The notes under the pieces were generated by a model. It searched no databases. It saw only the letters and a program-made list of their open reading frames with translations, and was not told the DNA's origin. 64,000 nt of DNA from Candidatus Nanopelagicales bacterium (GTDB lineage Bacteria; Actinomycetota; Actinomycetes; S36-B12), in assembly GCA_044360385.1 (NCBI GenBank), contig JBIKKK010000001.1:21101-85100 (forward strand). Direction: 5' to 3'. This document shows, piece after piece, positions 58,203 through 64,000 of this stretch (the first letter of the stretch is position 1; each line of letters begins with the position of its first letter). Made by a program: the position numbers and the translations under genes.

Positions 58203-59192
58203 TCAGGTGAGTGAGGCGACGAGTGCGATGATGACGGCGCTGATCGCGAGGAAGATGATGATCCCGGTGAGGAATCCGAAGCGGATCTTCTTGTTGAGGG
58301 CCTCGCCAGCCTCACCCTCCATCTTGTGCTCGTGGAAGAGGTGGGAGCCGATGATCCCGGCCAGGAGCACCAGACCCAGGGCGATAAAGCCGACGATGAC
58401 GGACACGTCCCACACGGTGAGGTATCCGACGGAGCCCACGCCGCCTGCGGTGAAGACGTAGAAGACAGTCAGGCCGACGATTGCGGTCCCAGCAGTCCTG
58501 ACCTGGTAGTCGTTGCGCCCGAGGAAGAGCGTCGCCAGGCCGAGAAGGATGAAGGTCAGGAGCGGTATGTAGTACTTGGTGATGCTGGCCACGGCGCTGC
58601 GGCCGATCGGGACGTCGAACTCCACCTGAGAGTAGGTCTGGTCGAAGGCTGGGAAGTAGTGCTCGGATGAGGTGAAGGTGAAGGGCTCAAGGCTCCAGCC
58701 GGGCACGCCGATTTCCGAACTGACCTCGCTGCCGGGCACATTGGGCACGAGGATGAGCTGCTCCACGGTGAGGTTTTGGTGCTCGATGATGATGGGGAGA
58801 TTCTGTGTGTCGAAGGGGAAGAGCCTCACGTCAGGCTGGAGGACGAAGGTCCCGGATATCTGCCACCACGTCGCCCCCGCTTCCTCCAGGGTGACGTCGG
58901 ACGTGTAGCTGTTGGCGTTGACTAGTTCCCACTCGTCTGCGCGGCAGGGTTCGCTGCAAGCCACGCCGAGGTAGAAGTTGGCGTGGAAGGTGCCCTCTTG
59001 CAGGCTGACGTTCGACAAACTCGTGATCGCAATGGAGATCTGGGCCTCGGCGCCTGTGGGATCGGCGCCCGGCGCGGTCGTGGCCGCGGGGGCCGCATGG
59101 GCGGACTGGTTCACCGCGAAGATTCCCGCGGCGGCCGTGAGCGCGAGCGCCAGTGCGACCCAGATCAGCGGCAGGCGGGTCAGGTGAGGCAT
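58203..59192 (-). CDS. Pentameric ligand-gated ion channel (pLGIC, GLIC/ELIC-type) homologue
   Basis: Signal peptide; a beta-rich ectodomain with the loop-7 signature RLFPFDTQNL; YYIPLLTFILLGLATLFL (M1), then M2, M3, a short M3-M4 linker and M4 at the C-terminus. The start is taken at ATG 59192 (GGAGA upstream); ATG 59228 is also possible. Confidence 0.75.
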   Translation of the reverse strand: MPHLTRLPLIWVALALALTAAAGIFAVNQSAHAAPAATTAPGADPTGAEAQISIAITSLSNVSLQEGTFHANFYLGVACSEPCRADEWELVNANSYTSDVTLEEAGATWWQISGTFVLQPDVRLFPFDTQNLPIIIEHQNLTVEQLILVPNVPGSEVSSEIGVPGWSLEPFTFTSSEHYFPAFDQTYSQVEFDVPIGRSAVASITKYYIPLLTFILLGLATLFLGRNDYQVRTAGTAIVGLTVFYVFTAGGVGSVGYLTVWDVSVIVGFIALGLVLLAGIIGSHLFHEHKMEGEAGEALNKKIRFGFLTGIIIFLAISAVIIALVASLT

Positions 59193-59249
59193 CGGTCTCC
59201 ATGGCGTCGTATTCGAGGCCATCAGCATAGGGGGCCCTAGGCTCAGAGT

Positions 59250-59579
59250 GTGTCGACGAACCAGATCCCCACGCCCGAGGCGACGGAGCCTGCGCATGGG
59301 GGCATAAAGCGCCTTCGCCGCCAGGTGGGTGTCCTGCGAGCGCTGACCGTCGTGAGCCTGGTGCTCGTGCTTGTCCTTGCTGTCTGGTCCGTCGTGGGCA
59401 TCGTCTCGTTGTCATCACAGGTGTCGTCGCTCGAAGCGAAGATCGATTCCCTGTCGGCCCTAGCGAGCGAGGGGCGCACAGCCGCAGGCGGCTCAGCGGG
59501 TGATGCGACGACGCCGAGCGCTCAGGCCGCTCCCGCCCCGGACCTACGCAAGGCGAGCGCGGGGAGTACTCGTTCGTAG
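59250..59579 (+). CDS. Small single-pass membrane protein with coiled-coil segment (hypothetical)
   Basis: 109 aa with a GTG start. TM LTVVSLVLVLVLAVWSVVGIV, then the heptad-like QVSSLEAKIDSLSALAS and an Ala/Gly/Pro-rich tail. High GC3 supports coding. It lies divergent to the channel gene. Confidence 0.45.
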   Translation: MSTNQIPTPEATEPAHGGIKRLRRQVGVLRALTVVSLVLVLVLAVWSVVGIVSLSSQVSSLEAKIDSLSALASEGRTAAGGSAGDATTPSAQAAPAPDLRKASAGSTRS

Positions 59580-59611
59580 TACGAGGTCGTGGAGCTAGTG
59601 GTGGGCTGCTC

Positions 59612-60922
59612 TCAACGTCGGGCGAGACTCAGGCGCAGGTTCGGGTCTGCGAAGAGCAGCGGGTCGTGAGCCACAGCAACAGTGTCGACATCCGAGGACA
59701 CCGACCAGCGACGTGCAATGAGAGCCAGCGCCAGCGCTCCCTCGAATGATGCGAGATGGACGCCGAGGCACACCTTCGGCCCGGTACTGAACGGCAAGTA
59801 GGCCCCTCGCTGGTCCGGAGACATGACTCCGGGTCGATTGCGGCCCGGACGGAACTCAGTCGGCGCGTCATAGATCGACTGGGCACGATGCGGGATCCAG
59901 GTGCTGAAGATGATCGGCATCCCTACCGGGAGGTCAACCCCGGCAAGACTGAAGTCACCGACGACGGCGCGGTCGATGAGATCGCCGACCGGGTAAAGCC
60001 GGAGCGTCTCGGTGATCACTTCCGCGCTCAGGGGAGCGCGTTCCTCGAAAACAGCGTGGAACTCGTCATTCAGCGGGATGGCAGTGGCCTCGCCCGCGAG
60101 AGCTTGCTGGATGTCGCTATGGGTCGCCAGGAGCCAAAGGGCGAAGATCAGCGTGTTTGCCGTGGTCTTGTGGCCGGCGTAGATCAGACCCACGAGCTCA
60201 TCGCGCAGTTCGCGATCGCTGAGGCTCTCACCGTCGGAAGTTGAGGCGGCCACGATGTGGCTGAGCAGGTCATCGCGTGGCTCTTGCCGCCGATCTGCGA
60301 TGACGCCGACGATGAACGAGTCGAGGGCAGCGAGCGCGTCCGCAAACTCCTTGCGGCTCCGTGGGTCGTATGAGGCATCCTGGCTGATTGCGACGAAGGC
60401 CGCGTTGCGCTCGTCATCGAAGGCGTGGATCACCTCGCGGAACTCCCGGTGGTCGCCGGAGAACAACGTGACACCGATGACATCGAGGATGAGGTTCGTC
60501 ACGGCCTCCGCGACGCGAAACTCCGAGGTCGGCTCCCACGCAGCGATTCCCTCGTCCAGCGATCGCTGGATGAGGAGGCCCAGCTGACGCACTCCTTTGT
60601 GGGTCAGCGGACGCTGGACGACTCGACGGCGTCCGCGCCACGATTCACCGAAGTTCACGGTGAGGGCATGGCCCAGGCCTCCTGCCTTCTCGAATCCGCG
60701 AATGAGCGGTCCGAGCCCGACCTGAGAGAACGGCGCCATGAGGGTCGTCCGCATGAGGTCGGGATCGTTGAGCCAGAGGGCCTCCTCACCGTTGAGTGAG
60801 AACCGGAACATCGCCTCGCGGCCCTGTGCCATATCGATGAACTCCTGCCACTGGCCAACAGGATGCGGCATGTCGGCGTACTGCGGAACGGCGTCGATGC
60901 TTGGCACGTGCTCGCCTCTCAT
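59612..60922 (-). CDS. Cytochrome P450
   Basis: I-helix AGHKTTANT, ExxR ETLRLYP, and heme loop FSTGPKVCLGVHLA. The tracked ORF (to 61309) is trimmed to MRGEHV at ATG 60922 (436 aa). Confidence 0.85.
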   Translation of the reverse strand: MRGEHVPSIDAVPQYADMPHPVGQWQEFIDMAQGREAMFRFSLNGEEALWLNDPDLMRTTLMAPFSQVGLGPLIRGFEKAGGLGHALTVNFGESWRGRRRVVQRPLTHKGVRQLGLLIQRSLDEGIAAWEPTSEFRVAEAVTNLILDVIGVTLFSGDHREFREVIHAFDDERNAAFVAISQDASYDPRSRKEFADALAALDSFIVGVIADRRQEPRDDLLSHIVAASTSDGESLSDRELRDELVGLIYAGHKTTANTLIFALWLLATHSDIQQALAGEATAIPLNDEFHAVFEERAPLSAEVITETLRLYPVGDLIDRAVVGDFSLAGVDLPVGMPIIFSTWIPHRAQSIYDAPTEFRPGRNRPGVMSPDQRGAYLPFSTGPKVCLGVHLASFEGALALALIARRWSVSSDVDTVAVAHDPLLFADPNLRLSLARR

Positions 60923-61085
60923 TGGGGTGGGCCGGGTGCGGACACCAAGTCTGCGTCCTGCTCGCGCACCGGTCGACAAGTTCTGATGAAAGGTCGTGCG
61001 GCGCTGATGCCCGACCGGAATGAGGGCCCATCCGACAACCTCCTCGTGCCACCCGGACTCGTCGTAGCGTGCTCTCAGAGAAGGC

Positions 61086-61850
61086 ATGGCAAGGGAGTGC
61101 GGCATGAGCGAGCACAGCGTCAGCCCGCACTCGGCCGCCATCATCATCGTCGGCAGCGAGATCGTCGAGGGGACGGTGCGCGACGAGAACGGGCAGTGGT
61201 TGACCCAGCGCCTGCAGGACCGGGGTATCTGGCCCCGCATGGTGGTGTCGATTTCGGACGACATCGCCCTGATCGCACAGGCCGTCAGGTCAGCCTGCGC
61301 GAGCGTCAACTACGTCGTAGTCAGCGGCGGCCTCGGCTGCACTCCCGACGATGTGACGAGGGTTGCGGTGGCGTCCGCCTTCGGAGTGCCCCTGCACGTG
61401 GACGCGGAGCAGGCCGACATTCTTGAAGGCAGGTCCACCTGGGCACGCGGGGAGCTTGCGCGCGCAGCCGCGACCTTGCCGCATGGCGGCCAAGTCATCG
61501 TCGGTCATCACGATGGTGTTCGCGGGTTCCTCATCGAGAACGTCCTCGTGCTGCCGGGAAACCCTCCGGAGATGCAAGCGATGTTCGAGGCATTCATCCG
61601 CGACTACCCTCCGCCAGCGGCGCCGATCTGCCGTGCCACCCTGTCGTTCGCAGCCACCGAGGACGCCCTGCGGACAACCCTCGGCGAATTTGAAGCGGCC
61701 TTCCCCGATGTAGAGCTGGGGTCTTACGCAGACCCGATGCGTGCGCCGGCCCGCGTTACCCTGGTGCTCCGCTCACGCGATCAAGGCATGCTCCACGATG
61801 CGTGCGCATGGTTCGATCGCGTCGGTCTTCGCTCCAGGGAGCATGCATGA
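61086..61850 (+). CDS. CinA-N-terminal-like molybdopterin-binding (MoCF) domain protein
   Basis: AAIIIVGSEIVEGTVRDENGQWL...VVVSGGLGCTPDDVT matches the MoaB/MogA/CinA fold signature. The start may be ATG 61104. Confidence 0.7.
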   Translation: MARECGMSEHSVSPHSAAIIIVGSEIVEGTVRDENGQWLTQRLQDRGIWPRMVVSISDDIALIAQAVRSACASVNYVVVSGGLGCTPDDVTRVAVASAFGVPLHVDAEQADILEGRSTWARGELARAAATLPHGGQVIVGHHDGVRGFLIENVLVLPGNPPEMQAMFEAFIRDYPPPAAPICRATLSFAATEDALRTTLGEFEAAFPDVELGSYADPMRAPARVTLVLRSRDQGMLHDACAWFDRVGLRSREHA

Positions 61851-62632
61851 ACAGCAGGGTTGCGGTGATCACCGGGGGCGCGAGTGGTCTTGGACTGGCC
61901 ATCGCCCGAGCACTGGGGGCAGATGGATGGTCGGTGGCCCTGCTGGATTTCGACAGGGAGTCCTTAGGCGCATCGGTCGAGGACTTGCGCACGGAAGGTG
62001 TCGAAGCGGAGGGGTTCCACGCCAACGCCGCTGATGGCACTGAGGTCAATGACGCGGTTGCCCGCATCGTTCAGCGATGGGGCCGTATCGATGCCCTCTT
62101 TGCCAATGCGGGTATCTCAGCCGGCCCGGGGCCAGCGGCCGGCGGTCGCGGGATCGCCGAGGTCGATGATGCCAACTGGGACCACGTGCTGGCGGTGAAC
62201 CTCTCCGGAGTCATGCGGTCCATCCGGGCGTGCGTGCCCCACCTGACGGCGGCCGGTGGGGGCAGCATCGTGATTACATCTTCCTCGGCTGCGGTACGCC
62301 CCACCCTGTGGGTAGGGCACGCGTACACCGCAGCAAAGGCCGCCCTCATCCCGCTCGGCAAGGTCCTGGCCATTGAGCTTGCCGGTGTTGGAATCCGGGT
62401 GAACATCATTGCCCCCGGGGCCTTCGTCACCGACATCGGCGGCGGGCGCCTGCGCGACCCTCAGGTGGCACAGAGCATGGCGCGCACCATCCCCATGCAA
62501 CGGCTTGGCGATCCAGTCGAGGTGGGCGACCTGGCGCGATTCCTTGCGGGCGACGATTCGCGCTACATCTCCGGTGCGGTGATCAGCATCGATGGCGCCC
62601 TCGTTGCCGGTGAGTACGAACCTCCGGCCTGA
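61847..62632 (+). CDS. SDR-family oxidoreductase
   Basis: TGGASGLGLAIA cofactor site, NAG, and catalytic YTAAKAAL. ATG 61847 overlaps the preceding stop (ATGA). Confidence 0.9.
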   Translation: MNSRVAVITGGASGLGLAIARALGADGWSVALLDFDRESLGASVEDLRTEGVEAEGFHANAADGTEVNDAVARIVQRWGRIDALFANAGISAGPGPAAGGRGIAEVDDANWDHVLAVNLSGVMRSIRACVPHLTAAGGGSIVITSSSAAVRPTLWVGHAYTAAKAALIPLGKVLAIELAGVGIRVNIIAPGAFVTDIGGGRLRDPQVAQSMARTIPMQRLGDPVEVGDLARFLAGDDSRYISGAVISIDGALVAGEYEPPA

Positions 62633-62635
62633 CGT

Positions 62636-63538
62636 TCAACCGACAGGTACAGCATCCAGGGCGATGTCCAGGCTCTCGAGGAGGTTCCGGAGCAGGGGTG
62701 CTGGCCGTCCGCGTCGAATGAGCACCTGTGTCTGAATCGTCGGCTCCGGCCCCGTGATGGGTCGCGTCACCAGGCCGGGAGGCAGCATGGTGGCCGCGAA
62801 TGCCGGCACGAACGTGACTCCAAGGCCGGCTGCGGCGAGGGCGAGGGCGATGTGCAGCTGATCGACCTCATGCGCGATCGTGAGGGTGATGCCAGCCTCC
62901 GCGGCCATTGCGAGATAGTGACCGACGTTCTCTGAGTCGGTCTGGCTTGAGATCATCAAGATGGGGACGCCGTTCAGGGCCGTGAATGGGATCGTCGTCA
63001 TTCGGGCGAGTTCGTGGTCCTCTGGGAGCGCAAGGACCACGGCGTCCTCACTCGAAGAGTGCACCTGAAGGTTCGTCGGGACCTCGTGGGATCCCCGGCA
63101 GAAAGCGATGTCGATCTGCTGCTGCTGGAGCTTCGTAACGAGTTGTGCCGTTCCGGCTTCCACTAGTCGGATGCCGACGGCCGGGTACCGCTCGCGATGA
63201 ACCCGTAGGACGGCCGGGACCTGGTAGAGGCAGGCAGGGGCGATGAATCCGACCCCCAGTGATCCCACGGCTCCCGCGCCGGCCTGCCGGGCCAGTTCGG
63301 CGGCCGCGCGGGCATCGGCGAGTACCTGCTGGGCTCTCGGCAGGAAGATAGTGCCGGCGGGAGTGAGTTCCACCACGCGACGATTGCGATCGAAGAGCTT
63401 CACACCGAGCTCGCGCTCGAGCAAGGCGATCTGCTTGCTCAGGGCCGGCTGAACAATGTGCTGCCGCTCCGCGGCGCGGCCGAAGTGCAATTCCTCGGCG
63501 AGCACGACGAATGACTGCAGGTGCCGGAGCTCCATCAC
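62636..63538 (-). CDS. LysR-family transcriptional regulator
   Basis: N-terminal wHTH MELRHLQSFVVLAEELHFGRAAERQHIVQPALSKQIALLERELG plus a LysR substrate-binding domain. Confidence 0.9.
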   Translation of the reverse strand: MMELRHLQSFVVLAEELHFGRAAERQHIVQPALSKQIALLERELGVKLFDRNRRVVELTPAGTIFLPRAQQVLADARAAAELARQAGAGAVGSLGVGFIAPACLYQVPAVLRVHRERYPAVGIRLVEAGTAQLVTKLQQQQIDIAFCRGSHEVPTNLQVHSSSEDAVVLALPEDHELARMTTIPFTALNGVPILMISSQTDSENVGHYLAMAAEAGITLTIAHEVDQLHIALALAAAGLGVTFVPAFAATMLPPGLVTRPITGPEPTIQTQVLIRRGRPAPLLRNLLESLDIALDAVPVG

Positions 63539-63581
63539 CCGGACCTCCTCGGTGGCGACCTCAACCTCGTGTGGGCGAGTG

Positions 63582-63635
63582 TGTCATTGCTCAAATGACA
63601 TCCTAAAGGGTTGGTGATTCCCATGAAGAATCACC
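63582..63635. promoter_or_regulatory. Candidate LysR operator palindromes in the divergent intergenic region
   Basis: TGTCATT-GCTCA-AATGACA (63582-63600) and GGTGATTC-N7-GAATCACC (63613-63635). A third TGACAT half-site lies near 63647. Confidence 0.45.
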
Positions 63636-63688
63636 CGGCACTCGAGTGACATTGGCGGCTGCCTTCCCAGGGAGGCGACCATGTCCGG

Positions 63689-64000
63689 ATGACCGCAAAT
63701 CCGATTCTCGGCGCGATCGCGCATGAGGGTGGCCGCTACGCCATCGAGTCCCTGGGGCTCGGCGAGCTTCAGCCTGGCGAGGCTCGGATCCGCGTGCTCG
63801 CGAGCGGGATGTGCCGCACCGACGCCGAGGCCTTCGGCATGGTGCCGCTGCCCGCGGTGCTCGGGCACGAGGCCGTGGGTGTTGTCCTCGAGGTCTGCGG
63901 TCCCCTCGGCGACGTCAACGTCGGCGATCGTGTGGCTGTCTCATATCCCAGTTGCGGGCAATGCAGCCCATGCCTCAGCGACCGGCTGTGGCTGTGTGAG
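63689..64000 (+). CDS. Zinc-dependent alcohol dehydrogenase (MDR family), 5' part truncated by the window end
   Basis: It is absent from the ORF track because it has no stop in the window. My translation from ATG 63689 gives MTANPILGAIAHEGGRYAIESLGLGELQPGEARIRVLASGMCRTDAEAFGMVPLPAVLGHEAVGVVLEV...CGQCSPCLSDRLWLCE. This carries the catalytic Cys, the GHE motif and the structural-Zn Cys cluster. Confidence 0.8.
   Translation, partial: MTANPILGAIAHEGGRYAIESLGLGELQPGEARIRVLASGMCRTDAEAFGMVPLPAVLGHEAVGVVLEVCGPLGDVNVGDRVAVSYPSCGQCSPCLSDRLWLCE

Noticed and set aside
63584-63868. 94-aa minus-strand ORF near the window end
   Set aside because: It is antisense to the 5' part of a Zn-dependent alcohol dehydrogenase that reads cleanly on the plus strand from 63689 (GHE motif, structural-Zn cysteines). 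That gene is missing from the ORF track only because it has no stop in the window.

Overview
High-GC (about 70% by eye) actinobacterial chromosomal segment with Micrococcales-like codon usage, densely coding on both strands. I can support about 58 protein-coding genes. I found no rRNA, tRNA, CRISPR array, transposase or integrase. Positions 1-31 kb are a conserved actinobacterial core block. From memory, its gene order mirrors M. tuberculosis Rv3677c-Rv3644c: MBL hydrolase, crp, nth, NUDIX, marP-like protease, DUF309, ephE-like hydrolase, holin-X-like protein, nhaA and acs. These are followed by a four-gene membrane operon (HAD-IB, FUSC-like, two tandem paralogues) and a Tad-like secretion locus (ssd/tadZ, tadA, tadB, tadC, flp-like, tadE, tadE-like) with its DEAH/DUF1998 helicase. 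The block ends with H+-pyrophosphatase, topA, tmk and holB. Positions 31-64 kb look more accessory, and I rank four candidates for something undescribed. (1) A complete pentameric ligand-gated ion channel homologue at 58.2-59.2 kb. (2) A nitrogen-compound island at 35.2-43.0 kb, with lower GC3 by eye. It holds a glutamine-synthetase-like enzyme, a stand-alone DUF1116 protein, an APC permease, an Lrp regulator coupled to an alpha/beta hydrolase, and a TAT-exported BBE-like flavoprotein. (3) An exported CocE/NonD hydrolase fused through one TM helix to an ABC ATPase, followed by an ABC-2 permease (46.0-49.3 kb). (4) The HAD/FUSC/paralogue operon, and an opposite-strand anchored protein splitting the Tad locus. 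Small-scale oddities include a 30-bp hairpin-plus-stop-codon unit repeated 2.8 times after holB, a 17-nt duplication between two other convergent stops, three convergent gene pairs sharing a CTAG double stop, and a degenerate Fic motif. All calls rest on reading the translations and the DNA by eye. No searches were run.
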